Of a stretch of DNA of 64,000 bases, positions 18,914 through 30,200 are shown one piece after another. The stretch spans positions 1 through 64,000 of the IMG/VR virus record IMGVR_UViG_3300031251_000003; one strand, written 5' to 3'. The position numbers and the translations under genes are program-made. Under the pieces are notes generated by a model, which saw nothing but the letters and a program-made list of their open reading frames with translations, made no database searches and was not told where the DNA came from. The number at the start of each line of letters is the position of its first letter. Position 1 is the stretch's first letter. The DNA comes from a virus.

Positions 18914-19137
18914 TGCATTCCATAGAGTGGATCTCACGTCCTGCGTTTCCTTCTGGTAAAAGATCTTGGAAGCAAGATCTTAAAGATGATATCTATGTTG
19001 CGGGGTATAACGACGGTCGTAATGGAATTGATATGAGGCAGGATTATTACAAGTACCCTGTTATTCAAGCTATTTTTGAAATGGGATGGGAAGATGGTTG
19101 TGGTGATCTTGAGCTTTACAGAGATATCGATATGTGA
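18913..19137 (+). CDS. small YxxGYxDG-repeat (RMF-like) family protein
   Basis: YVAGYNDGRNG...FEMGWEDGCGD. Confidence 0.7.
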   Translation: MHSIEWISRPAFPSGKRSWKQDLKDDIYVAGYNDGRNGIDMRQDYYKYPVIQAIFEMGWEDGCGDLELYRDIDM

Positions 19138-19143
19138 TATAAT
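19115..19143 (+). promoter_or_regulatory. sigma-A-type promoter TTTACA-N17-TATAAT, leaderless
   Basis: TG-extended -10; GTG start 6 nt downstream. Confidence 0.75.
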
Positions 19144-19149
19144 ACATCT

Positions 19150-20022
19150 GTGAGCGACGAAAGGACAGAGATGAGCACCACCGCCGTTTATACCCATGAC
19201 TCCAAGGGTCACCGTGTTGATGTCCATGCCCCGAGCAATATCGTTCCGGGTGACTACGAGTATCGTGGCGTCAAGGTCAACCGCAAGGATCCCGTCAAGG
19301 GTGGCCCTGCTGGTACCTGCCATCATTGTGGCAAGGCCATCGTGTGGGAAGTCCTCTGGCTTCATCGTCCCTCTGGCAATCTCGTCACCTTCGGAGAGAT
19401 TTGCACCCAGATCCTGGGCATGAGTGACAGCCGTATCGAACACGAGATGGTGCTTCTGAAGCGCCGTGCCGAGAACGAGCGGGCTGCTGAGCGGGCCAAG
19501 ATGGAGAAGCAGGAGAAGATTGACGCATTCAAGGCTGAGCAGCCTGAGGTTGTCAAGTTCCTGACTGACCTGGACGCCAACGATAGCTTCTACTTCCTGG
19601 TTGAGATGAAGCGCTCGCTGGATCATTGGGGTGGGCTGACTGAGCGCCAGGTTGCTTCTGTCAAGAAGTGCATGGTTGCTCGTGAGTCCTACAATGCCCG
19701 CAAGATTCAGGAGGCTATCGATCAGAGCATCGCTGGCCCTACTCCTGAGCTTCAGGAGGGTCGCCGGGTAATCGAGGGCGAGGTTGCCTCTCACAAGTGG
19801 CAGGAGAGCATGTACGGCGACACCCACAAGATGCTGGTCAAGCAGGATGACGGCAACAAGGTGTGGGTCACGGTTCCTCGTGAGATCAGTGACTACGTTC
19901 ATGAGAACGATGTCGAGCTTAAGGGTCTTCGCGTCCGCTTCACCGCTACGGTTGAGCGCAGCAAGACCGATGACAACTTCGGATTCGGCTCGCGGCCCAG
20001 CAAGGCATCGGTGGTCGTATGA
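19150..20022 (+). CDS. early protein with zinc site and C-terminal OB-fold-like domain
   Basis: CHHCG...G..C; IEGEV...KMLVKQDDG..VW...VRFTATV...FGFGSRP; strongly C/G-ending codons. Confidence 0.75.
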   Translation: MSDERTEMSTTAVYTHDSKGHRVDVHAPSNIVPGDYEYRGVKVNRKDPVKGGPAGTCHHCGKAIVWEVLWLHRPSGNLVTFGEICTQILGMSDSRIEHEMVLLKRRAENERAAERAKMEKQEKIDAFKAEQPEVVKFLTDLDANDSFYFLVEMKRSLDHWGGLTERQVASVKKCMVARESYNARKIQEAIDQSIAGPTPELQEGRRVIEGEVASHKWQESMYGDTHKMLVKQDDGNKVWVTVPREISDYVHENDVELKGLRVRFTATVERSKTDDNFGFGSRPSKASVVV

Positions 20023-20157
20023 GTGATCAAGAACTAGAACGTCTTAGAGCACAGCGCGATTACTATCGCCGCCGTTGGATCATTCATGGACTTCACTATC
20101 GCCTTTCAAGTAATTGGCGAGCAGAGAGAATAGCTAGGCTCAAAGCTAGGCAGAAGG

Positions 20158-20364
20158 ATGATGATGAAACAAGTTCTTAAGGGAATATGGGAAGGGTATT
20201 TTGTGACATTTCTCCATCTCTGGCCACTATTCTGTATCCTTCTACTCGTAATCCAGACTCCTGTTCCTATACTTGGTAAGGAGTGGTGGCCGTTATGGTT
20301 TATAAGTCTAGGTCTTAGTATCTTTTGTCTATACGGATATTGGAAAGAGAGGAAGAGTAAATGA
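20158..20364 (+). CDS. small membrane protein
   Basis: Two hydrophobic segments. Confidence 0.6.
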   Translation: MMMKQVLKGIWEGYFVTFLHLWPLFCILLLVIQTPVPILGKEWWPLWFISLGLSIFCLYGYWKERKSK

Positions 20365-20449
20365 AACGTTTCTTGCGATTTCTACTGCGTCGTCCAAAGC
20401 CAGTTCCCTATCCAGAGAAGTTCTGGCCAGATAGCTTCGGGGATCTCTA

Positions 20450-20848
20450 GTGATCATCTACCAACACAGAATCTACCGGGTTGATCTACAGAACAACCCC
20501 GATGTTCTCTATCTCTTCGGTGATAACCTGGATAGAGTAGGGCTAGGTGGTCAGGCTGGGGAGATGAGAGGCGAACCTAATGCTATCGGAATTGCAACTA
20601 AGATTCATCCTGGAATGAGTGAGGATGACTTCTTCACCGATGATGCGTTCGCATACAACATGAATAGCATCAGGACGGATCTTAAGCCCGTAGGCGAGCA
20701 CATCATTGGTGGCGGGATCGTAGTGATTCCCTCTGATGGACTTGGAACCGGTTTGTCTCAACTACCCGAACGAGCACCACGTACCTATGCGTTCCTGGAA
20801 GAGGCATTGAGGATTCTCAAAGGAGAGCCTAAGACAGATCTTCTATAA
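20450..20848 (+). CDS. conserved phage protein, possibly macrodomain-like
   Basis: LYLFGDN...GGQA...PNAIGIATK...DGLGTGL. Confidence 0.65.
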   Translation: MIIYQHRIYRVDLQNNPDVLYLFGDNLDRVGLGGQAGEMRGEPNAIGIATKIHPGMSEDDFFTDDAFAYNMNSIRTDLKPVGEHIIGGGIVVIPSDGLGTGLSQLPERAPRTYAFLEEALRILKGEPKTDLL

Positions 20849-21142
20849 TGAAAATGCGAAAGTATAGACCCACGATGAAGTTAGCTGAACGTTCTTGTGT
20901 GGGCAGAAGAAAAGCAATATAGTCTTAGGATTCACAATGGTACCTTACAGATGTACATCAACGATGGTTGGTATTATCTAGCAGGGCCACAAATGAGAGA
21001 GGATTATGATGAGAAGACGTAAGAGACGTTTATCCGACAAACTAAGAACACTAGCGGACAAAGCGTGGGCGCGTGGCAGCAGAGAGGTATCCACAAGCAT
21101 CCACGAGGCCGCGAGAAGGGCTGAGACGGAGAGGGCAAGGTA

Positions 21143-21474
21143 TGAAGGTTAAGACACAGTACGAGTACTCTCACAAGGTTCCGTACGAGTTTGAGAAGTT
21201 CTGTCTAGAGAATGGGATCACTATCAGTGTTAAGACAAGACCCAAGAAGTACGGATTGCCTAGATGGTACGCTTCGTCTGATAACTTGGTTGAGGTTGTA
21301 GGCAATGGTGTTCTCACTAGCGTTCGTGGCGATGGTGACACCAGAGAAGAGGCTATCGACAACTATGTCAAGGCGCTCGCTGGTCAGATTGTTAGGTTCC
21401 TCTTGAATGGATCAGAGAAGAGAGTCCAAACACCCAGAGTGTGGGGAGATAAAGAAGATGAGTGGGAAGACTAA
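21143..21474 (+). CDS. HicB-like fold protein
   Basis: GDGDTREEAIDNY motif; start moved to the internal Met (MKVK). Confidence 0.5.
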
Positions 21475-21895
21475 TATCCAAGAGATACGAGATTGGATCA
21501 ATTGGGCTTGTGAGGCTGTAGAGACTTATGGCCAAACAGGTGTTGAACCAGTTCTTGAAGCTCTTACCGAAGTTGAGACTCAACTCAGAGAGTATGAACA
21601 CGCTCTCGGTACAAGGTCGCACTTGCTTCCCGATGATATGGTCTGTGAATGTTTTGACCTAACGGGTAGCCGTCAGGTTCGTGTCTACGAGATGTGTACA
21701 AGATGCCAAGCTCTAATGCTATCAGATGATAGCCTAGAACTGCGTACAAGGCTGTCTAACGCCGCCCAAGATTCTTTCCATAAGATGACTCAATCAAAGG
21801 GGAATCAAGAGTATCAGGCCCGCCATTGGGGACGTTACCATGCATTCCATGATGCTATCAGAATGTTGGATGGCAACGAGGTAGAGAATGTCTGA
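21458..21895 (+). CDS. hypothetical protein
   Basis: Operon-coupled ORF; CEC...CTRC. Confidence 0.6.
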   Translation: MSGKTNIQEIRDWINWACEAVETYGQTGVEPVLEALTEVETQLREYEHALGTRSHLLPDDMVCECFDLTGSRQVRVYEMCTRCQALMLSDDSLELRTRLSNAAQDSFHKMTQSKGNQEYQARHWGRYHAFHDAIRMLDGNEVENV

Positions 21896-22229
21896 TAACT
21901 GGCCCATCCAAAGTATAGGTGGAGAGCGCCTGCCTTTGAATGTACCCGAGTACTGGACTCCAGATGGTCTATATCAACAGGGGTATCTTGAGGGCAAGAA
22001 GGGCCGTTTCGCTGGTGCTACAGATCTTCGGGGTGTACCCGAGGAATTCCTCATGGGACTCGAAGATGGTCATGGTGATTGGCTCGCAGAGTTTGATGGA
22101 ACAGTAAATGTAAATGACAATCAATTGCAATCCAAACGTGTAGAGAACTTCATGGCCAAGTGTAATCCTGGTCAGCACAGCTACGATGCTAAAGACACCT
22201 GTACTAAATGCGGCTGGGAGTTTAGATGA
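21888..22229 (+). CDS. YxxGYxDG-repeat (RMF-like) protein with C-terminal zinc ribbon
   Basis: YQQGYLEGKKG...FLMGLEDGHGD; C...H...CTKC. Confidence 0.7.
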   Translation: MSDNWPIQSIGGERLPLNVPEYWTPDGLYQQGYLEGKKGRFAGATDLRGVPEEFLMGLEDGHGDWLAEFDGTVNVNDNQLQSKRVENFMAKCNPGQHSYDAKDTCTKCGWEFR

Positions 22230-22471
22230 TCGAGGATTATAGCCGCAGTACAGTTCTATTAGTGGCTGACGCTCTTAGGTTTACCAAGAGGATAACTACC
22301 AAACGTCGGGATATTATGGCCGACATATTGACAGATGTAGTACGTGGCCCGATAACGCTGGAACAGTCTAGACAACATCTCAAGACAATGTTAGAGGCAG
22401 GTTGTAGTATCACTGCTCCATTTGTATGGGATAGATGGCTGGATAACTTTATAAAGGAGGAAGATGGATAA
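22226..22471 (+). CDS. hypothetical protein
   Basis: ATGA coupling. Confidence 0.6.
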   Translation: MIEDYSRSTVLLVADALRFTKRITTKRRDIMADILTDVVRGPITLEQSRQHLKTMLEAGCSITAPFVWDRWLDNFIKEEDG

Positions 22472-22844
22472 GATACCAGAAATGGCACCACCGGGTTGTA
22501 CGTGTGGATACCCACGGTTCGAGAATGGAAGAGTTCGATTCCACACATTTGAGTGTCAGCTTCGTACTGGTATGAATACAGGTCAAGCTATTGCGTGGGT
22601 ACTAAGAGAGATCGACTTCGCTACTCGTAAGTTTGGGGAATATCGTTCTGTTCACGAAGGTTATGCTATAATTCGTGAAGAACTAGAACATGAATTGTGG
22701 GAACACGTATGTAAGAACACCGGCACTACCGATGCAGCTTTCGAGGAAGCTATTCAGGTAGCTGCCACTGCTCTGAAGTACGTAATCAATCTCAGTGAGG
22801 GTCGGCCTGTACATGCTGGTCGTCCTGTACCTCTAAAGGACTAA
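22464..22844 (+). CDS. MazG-like all-alpha nucleotide pyrophosphohydrolase
   Basis: SVHEGYAIIREELEHELW...EEAIQVAATA acidic helical pattern; AGGAGG SD. Confidence 0.65.
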   Translation: MDKIPEMAPPGCTCGYPRFENGRVRFHTFECQLRTGMNTGQAIAWVLREIDFATRKFGEYRSVHEGYAIIREELEHELWEHVCKNTGTTDAAFEEAIQVAATALKYVINLSEGRPVHAGRPVPLKD

Positions 22845-22847
22845 TCT

Positions 22848-23180
22848 ATGTGGGATGACGAATTCAGAGACATCGTGTACAATTTCATTGTGGCCCTAGA
22901 GAATGGGGAGATGGTTACCCTCGTCCAGGGTTCTGATGATGAAGAGTTCACTTACGGTGCGCTCTGTGTTGCTTTGAATGAACTTCGTCGTCTCAGTATC
23001 GAGAGGCGTAAAACCACGCACTTCTCTACGTATATTGAACGTCAGACTAGTTACTTTAGGTACCAAGCTAATCTAGACAAGTGGCGAGAGTGTAACTGGA
23101 TTTTGTCTTGTGCATTCGGCACTTCGTACGTGGTCAGACACATCGATAACGCGCTCTCTACGGGCGACTATGTTGTATAA
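22848..23180 (+). CDS. hypothetical protein
   Basis: AAGGA SD. Confidence 0.6.
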   Translation: MWDDEFRDIVYNFIVALENGEMVTLVQGSDDEEFTYGALCVALNELRRLSIERRKTTHFSTYIERQTSYFRYQANLDKWRECNWILSCAFGTSYVVRHIDNALSTGDYVV

Positions 23181-23205
23181 AACTAATAGAATTGGAGACT
23201 AGAGT

Positions 23206-23490
23206 ATGAAGGTGAGGCTTGATCTATTCCCGCAGGTTTTGATCTCCTGGGTAGCAATTGTTTACTTGCTGCTTCAGGATAATATCGGCTGGCTTCTTTG
23301 GATCCTGGTGGCCTTCGTCATCCTTGAGCGCATTCTGGTCAAGCTCATGGTCACGATCCAGCAAATGTACATCCAGGCCATGGCCAAGAAAGCTTACGAA
23401 GAACTAGGTAAGCAGATGAAACAGGAGAAGGAAGTTCCGAATCCTTTTTCTGATACATCACCATTCGAAGATCCCTTTCCCGACGCTTAA
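23206..23490 (+). CDS. membrane protein
   Basis: Two N-terminal hydrophobic helices; GGAG SD. Confidence 0.65.
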   Translation: MKVRLDLFPQVLISWVAIVYLLLQDNIGWLLWILVAFVILERILVKLMVTIQQMYIQAMAKKAYEELGKQMKQEKEVPNPFSDTSPFEDPFPDA

Positions 23491-23500
23491 TATATAGACC

Positions 23501-23947
23501 ATGACACTAATCATCATATTGTGGATTGCAGTTTTGGTTGTTCATACAATCCCTAAATATCTTAGCTTCAAAGACTTCCCCCTCGATCACTTTATCGAGC
23601 TACCGAAGTCTACTAAACCAGTCGAGACTAAGAAGACCGTCATCCATCTCTACAGTGGCCCTAATGATGGTGAAGTACACGAGGTACCGTCTGCACCTGA
23701 AGACCTTCCTCACTTCTTCATTACTCCTTACATGCCGAAGGATGAGAATGGGATGCCAGATCCAAGCGAAGAGAATATCGTTCAGGCTGGTGGCATGATC
23801 TATGTCAGACCTAACCTGGCTTATTACCAACAGATCACTGAAGAGGATTACTTCTATGTTCGTGATGTAGATCACACTGAAGTACAGAAGATCCAACTTA
23901 CAGGCGAGCTACCGTCTATGCAGAAGAAAGATAAGGGCGAAGAGTAA
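23501..23947 (+). CDS. N-terminally membrane-anchored protein
   Basis: MTLIIILWIAVLVV then LYSGPNDG domain. Confidence 0.65.
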   Translation: MTLIIILWIAVLVVHTIPKYLSFKDFPLDHFIELPKSTKPVETKKTVIHLYSGPNDGEVHEVPSAPEDLPHFFITPYMPKDENGMPDPSEENIVQAGGMIYVRPNLAYYQQITEEDYFYVRDVDHTEVQKIQLTGELPSMQKKDKGEE

Positions 23948-23967
23948 TACTATCGAAGGGAGTTCTA

Positions 23968-24276
23968 ATGCGCTACAGCTTTGTGGAGTTGGAGTCTGGT
24001 GATCAAGAATATTTCGATGATGCCTACTCAGCATTTAGATTCGCCAAGGATCAAGAGCATAAGAAGAGAAACTCTGTATCATTGGTCGCTGTTGGGAAAG
24101 AGTATGACCCCGACACTATCGATGAATCTGAGTGGATTAACCTAGCAAGCGATATGACTGTCTATAGGGGTCAGATGCTTCGTCATATGATCCGCAGTTT
24201 AGACAACACAGTGGCTTGGCTAAGAACACAAATTGAAGAGCAGAGAAATGCAGCAGAAGAAGCAGGCGATTCATGA
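23968..24276 (+). CDS. hypothetical protein
   Basis: GGGAG SD. Confidence 0.65.
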   Translation: MRYSFVELESGDQEYFDDAYSAFRFAKDQEHKKRNSVSLVAVGKEYDPDTIDESEWINLASDMTVYRGQMLRHMIRSLDNTVAWLRTQIEEQRNAAEEAGDS

Positions 24277-27200
24277 AGATCTAATCAATCAGATACGAGA
24301 TAATCTCACTCCTGATTTACTAAAACCTGAGTTTCGTGACCAACCTTTCCCGGTTGGTCATTGCTATGTTAGCAGTGAAGCACTTTACCACCTACTTGGT
24401 GGCAGAGAGAGCGGCTTACGTCCAATGCGATTGCGTATGCCTGATGGTGTTGTACACTGGTGGTTGGAGACTCCCGAGGGTGAAGTAATCGATCCTACCC
24501 ATGATCAGTTCGGTGAGTCAGTCCCTTATGAGCAAGGTAAGAGCGGTGGCTTTCTAACAAGAGAGCCATCTCGTCGTGCTACGGAGCTAATGAATCGAAT
24601 TAGCTCTACTGAGTCTGATGAGCTAGCTCATAATCTCATGGACGAATTAGCCTGGGTTTCTAAAGAACGTGGTGGTCTAGATAAGTCTAACTTCTTGGGT
24701 GATGATTCTCCTGAAAGAGCAACTCCTTATGTAATTCTAAACAATCAAATGTATGTAGCTCCTAGACAATATCATTATGATCTTGCGGATTATTTAGAGA
24801 AGAAGAATGGATTTACTAGAGAACAATTGAGAGATGGCTATTGGGGATGGATTAGACCAAATGAAAATACATCTTTTGAACATTCAGATATGCTCAAGGA
24901 TAATAACTGGCATGATCCTGAGATGGTCAAGCGACTATACCCGAGTGCTATAGATATCACCAAGGCTCCGGTCGATGATGCTCCTTCCGATCCTCTAAAG
25001 GGATATGAGCAGCGTCGTAGCTCTTCCTGGAAGGAATCAGTGAATGCTCAAGGATGGATCTATGATCCGGCCACAGATAAGTTCATAACCGGTAACACAT
25101 GGCATGGTGGGCTATTAGAACAACTATTCGATAAGCCTTGGCCCTATATAGACAGAAGCGAACTAGACAAATTAGTTTATGGCTGGTTCGGACATCCGGC
25201 TAGTGGTAAAGACCCTGTAGCTATCTATTCCGATAACTTTGGATCCACTGCGACCGAAGAACAAAAACAGAGAGGATTGCAGCTAGCTAAAGAGTATTAC
25301 GAAGAAAATGCCGCTCAAAATATAGAATCTAAGGTAGCCTTCGAGACAGAACCAGATCCTCCCGATCCTGGTCATTACGTAGTGACATTCGTATACTATG
25401 CCGATGGTACACTGGAAACGGAAGTAGATCGTAGTCATGCTCACATGATCAATGAGTACATTGCACAACATGGATATGATCGTCGGGAGTTCATGTTGAA
25501 CATGATGCCCGTACTTGGATGGGTATTCTCCATAGACAACCAACTTTATGCCGTTTTCGCCTCTCAGGGATACAATGTCCAGAATAATACTCTTGAATCA
25601 GAGAGGGAAGAGACGCTAGTAGCATTGTCAAAGAGGTTCGATAAGCCTGTTCGTGAGACTGACTATCAAGAATGGATGGCTAACCAACAATGGGAAGCTA
25701 TTGTTGGTGAGTCTAGCGTTCAGAAGACGGCATTCGATCAGGCTTTCGTGTATGCTAACGATCATCTCTACGTGGCTAATAAGCCTCATCCAGCTATCAT
25801 GCGAGCTAACGGGATCGATCCAAGCACACCATTGGTAGCTGGTATCATTAAGGATACTCCAACTGGCGATGGCCCGCTCTGGATGACATTCTTCTCATGG
25901 TCACAGAACTTTGATGACCCTGAATTACAGGATCGTGCTCGTCAGGCTATAGAACATGAGTATGGTAAATTCCCCACAGAGGTAAGTTACGACGATATGG
26001 TGAAGATCGACAACGAGATCGGCCAACATCGTAATGAGATGCGTCCTCAGGCAGATAATCGTATGAATGAACGCTGGGATGACCATGAAAAAGCTTGTCC
26101 TTTCGTGTGGATGAATGGTATGGTATGGATTGGTGATGAGTTATCAGGTCATAATGGATTCGCTACAGATAGACCAGATATGTATGCCGAATGGTCAAGA
26201 CTAATGAATGAATCCGAACACACAACTTGGAGCAGGGATCAACGAGACGCTTTAATGTGGTTTGGTCGTGTCTTCCCCGATGGTGAGGTCGTAGCATGGA
26301 ATGACCAGCCGGTACCCGAAAACATACAGAATGATATTAGAAATGAAGCTCAGAAGCAAGGATTCGAGATGATGTCGGCAGCGCTTCCACACATCTATGT
26401 TGTGAATACGGGTGACAGCTACCATCAGTCTGGATTGCCCTTCATCTATGTGCCAGATAACGATGCAATTTACCTGGGCGAAACCATGGCTCCGCATATA
26501 GAGTTGATCAAGAACAATGAAGATCTCAATGGTTATGTGCGTCCTGAGGAATACACAACAGGCAACGGATACCTAGCCGGTCGAATAGATCGTAACGGTG
26601 ATGTATTGTTCTTCAACGTTCCTGGTTCGGTGTATAATCCTCAGACTGAACAGACAGTTTTGACTACACTCAAGAGTCAGTGGCCCGCGATTCAGGATCT
26701 AGATGGATTACAAGAAGAGGATGACGATCCGATCAATAACTGGCCCGGTTCTCATACATATCCAGTTCATAGTATCATCTCTAAGCTTGCTAATGAGGAA
26801 CCCGAGATCATTGTAGATCCAAGTGTGAATAATTCACATATCCCTGACTTCAATCAGATGGAAGTGATCTACATCTATGATCCGGGAACCAACAAGCTTG
26901 TCATTAGTCGTGGTCTTCATGCCGCCGCTATCCAGCAGTACTTTGGTGGGCCACGACCAGAGGATCGACAGTACGGCAACATGATAGCGGGTTACGGATC
27001 CTTGGATGCTGGTTGGGTATGTGTAACCGGCGATCTCTTGCGTAACGATTGGGTAACTGAACAGGTTGACAGAGTATTGGAGAACATAAGTTCTTCTGAT
27101 CATGTTGCCTCTGTACGGCTCATTGATATCCCTGTGACTGGACAGCAGTACGATTGGGCATGGAACAATGGTCAGCGTCCAATCCTATACCATGCACCAT

Positions 27201-30200
27201 CCGACACGCTCTACGTAGGGACACGCAATAGACACCATGGAGAGCTAATCCGTCAGATCTACAATCAAGGGCAGGCCGAGGCAGACGATTGGGATACGTT
27301 ACAGAATAACAAGGATTACCTTCTCGGCTCTGGATTGCCTTCGGGTGAAACCAAGTGGTTCACTATGAGAGATAGCGAACGCAATGCTCTGATCCCACAG
27401 GCTAACCAACAGTGGCAGGACTATTTCACTCACAGAACGGCAGAAGTTCAAGTACAAAACCCTGTGTCATACAATTACGTTCCTCTTACACCGAACGAAC
27501 TTACGGCTTTTGATTCATTGGACGAACGAAAACAAACGACATACTATCGACAGGCTCAAAGACTTAACGCTAGAGCAGAGAAAGCAGGAGTACCTGGCAA
27601 GATAAGGGGTAGAGATCTTGCGGCCCTTATGTATCGATACGATGGTCGTTGTGCTTATGATGGCACTCCTGGCGCAGATAGCTTTGATCATGTAATCCCA
27701 TTGAGCCGTGGCGGTTCTAATACAGTAGATAACCTCTTGCCTGCTCATACTCAGTGTAATGCCGAGCTAAACGATTGGGATCAGAAACTCACACCTATTC
27801 CTACAGCAATAACTCTGTCACCTGACTGGTTGAATGTACCCGCTGTAGCCAAGGTAGCTACTGTAGTTAAGGAACTGTTGTTCACTGACGATGATGTTGA
27901 CGAACGGGACGGGGACAGACATTGGGCTAAATGGTTCTACTACGCTCCAACCGATACATTGTACTGGTGGCCCACAACGAGTGAGAACGATGGTATGCCA
28001 AGTCATGCACAAGGTATTAAAGAGGCGTTCCCAGAGGAAGATTGGCTTGAGATGTGGGATTCAGGAGATCTTACCTTCGGTTACAAGACGCCAGATCAAT
28101 TATATGCATATGATTTCAATGATAGATACCCAGAGAAAGATATCCACGCTGCACAAATAGCATCAGAGTTCTTTGATATGCCCACTAATCTATCCCCAGA
28201 GAGATTCGCAAGCTCCAATAACATTCAGTTCGTTGATACCGAGGGTGGAATGTATCATGGAATGGGTTTCCCATTCCTTTACGATATTCGGGATGATATC
28301 CTCTACTTTGGTACCACTTCAACTTATCATGTACAATTGCTACAGGATATGCAAGCAAACGACCAAGATTATTACGATGATTACAAGGGGAATACTAAGC
28401 CATTGGTGGGTGGTCGCTACAATCCCGAAGAGAATCCACCAGACAGGATATATCTCTACAATTACCGCAATGATCCGATAGTATCTAATAGAATTCGTGA
28501 ATTGGTCAATGAGGCTATTCAGACTCCTGAATTTCAGCAAATCTATGAAAATGACTCCCATCATATGTCAGCTTGGAATCCTGGTGATACAGCTTGGGTA
28601 TACGATCCTGAGACAAAGCAGCTTCACTCTGGTCAATACCACGGAGAAATCATCCGTTCGATGAACCTACCGAGAGATTACAATTGGGATCAGTTTGTGT
28701 ATGGTTGGTATCCACGTACCGATGAAGAGTTTACTGACAGCTACATCGCACCTGAGTCTGTTGATCATCCTGATGAGCAGGAAGCACTCGTTGCTGCTCA
28801 AAGAGAATTCGCTAATAGAACAGCAAGGACGGCTGGTGTAGTGTATCTTGATGTACCGAGTACAGGCTTCGGTGGTATGAACCCAGAAGATACTTATCCC
28901 GCAATATATGATCCTGAGGTTGATACTTTGTATGTCGGTACTCTACCCGAGACTTCTCACGCCGAGTTGATCAGGAATAGTCCATTGGGTCACATGATGA
29001 ATGATAAGGGACACGGGTACAATATGGATCATCTAGGATTTGCATGGATCTATCCGACACAGGATCCACATGATCCTGGTTATGAGGCTGTATCATGGAC
29101 AGCAGCAATCCCGAGTAAACTATTACAAGAAGCCGTTAAAGGACTCAGAACAGGCAAGACATCTGAACGAAAGGAGGATGAAGCTCATGAACAACTACAG
29201 TTGGATACCAAGGTAGCTGAATCACAGTGGATTATGAGTGGATTCTACTGGCCCGATAACAATGCGGTTGATATATCGATGCCTGGTCAGGGTCATACTG
29301 GACTGATGGCAGAACAAGAATATACCTCCGAGTTTATGAGAAAGCAGAATTGGGTTCCGTTCCAGGTGTTCCACGATTCTCGTGACAAGTTTTACTATGT
29401 GGTCGTTGGTTCTGATTGGGTCAACGGTGGTAGTTATGATCTACCACCCGAGGGCGAAGAAGCTATCCGTGAACAGATACAGGTGAACACAGATGAACCT
29501 GTGTACTTCGAAGGAGATATGGTAACGAGCAAGGTAGCTTCTAGTGTCGAGTATGTTCATGTTCCTGAGGATCTACGTCGAGAGTGGGAACCAGATAGTA
29601 TCCGAGGAAATGCTCGTCCTTGGTTGTTAGTCAATGATACATACTATATAGGATCATTAGGAACTGGCCATGCTGAATTAGTTTATGCGGGTAATCTTCG
29701 AGATGAATCTATTGACTATAGTGACACCGGTGTTATTACAGACGCTTCTGAGCTTCTAGATATCTATGGTTATCGAAGCTATCCGATTCAAGGATCAAAG
29801 TTCTTCGTGATTCCTTTCAATGATGAAGCCCTAGCAGAAGAGTTAGCCCGACTTATGATTGACCACACAGATGAGATGATCAAGAGCACCAAGACCGCAT
29901 TACAAAATCATATTCCAAATCCCGGTTACACCGAATGGGATTCTCGTGCTGGTCGTTATGCTTGGGTTCTTCTATCTGATGGTCGAATCCTCTTTAGCAA
30001 GGAGGGTGGAAGTCATCAGTCTATTGCTGTTGATCATGAATTTGGTCGAGAATACGATTCATTTGGAAAGGGAACTACTTATGGTCAATTATTCGACAAG
30101 AATGGAGAAATTGAGGTTGAGATATTTACATTCACAGGCGGCGGGAGTAATCAGCCACCTGAAGAAATTAAGGAGAAAGTCAAAGCAGCATTCATGGATC

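Noticed and set aside
18934-19902. 322-aa minus-strand ORF
   Set aside because: Antisense shadow of the high-GC3 gene 19150..20022, which has its own promoter; no recognisable motifs.
27443-27859. Intein or group I intron carrying the HNH domain
   Set aside because: No N-terminal Cys/Ser block or His-Asn + Cys/Ser/Thr junction seen, and the ORF is continuous.
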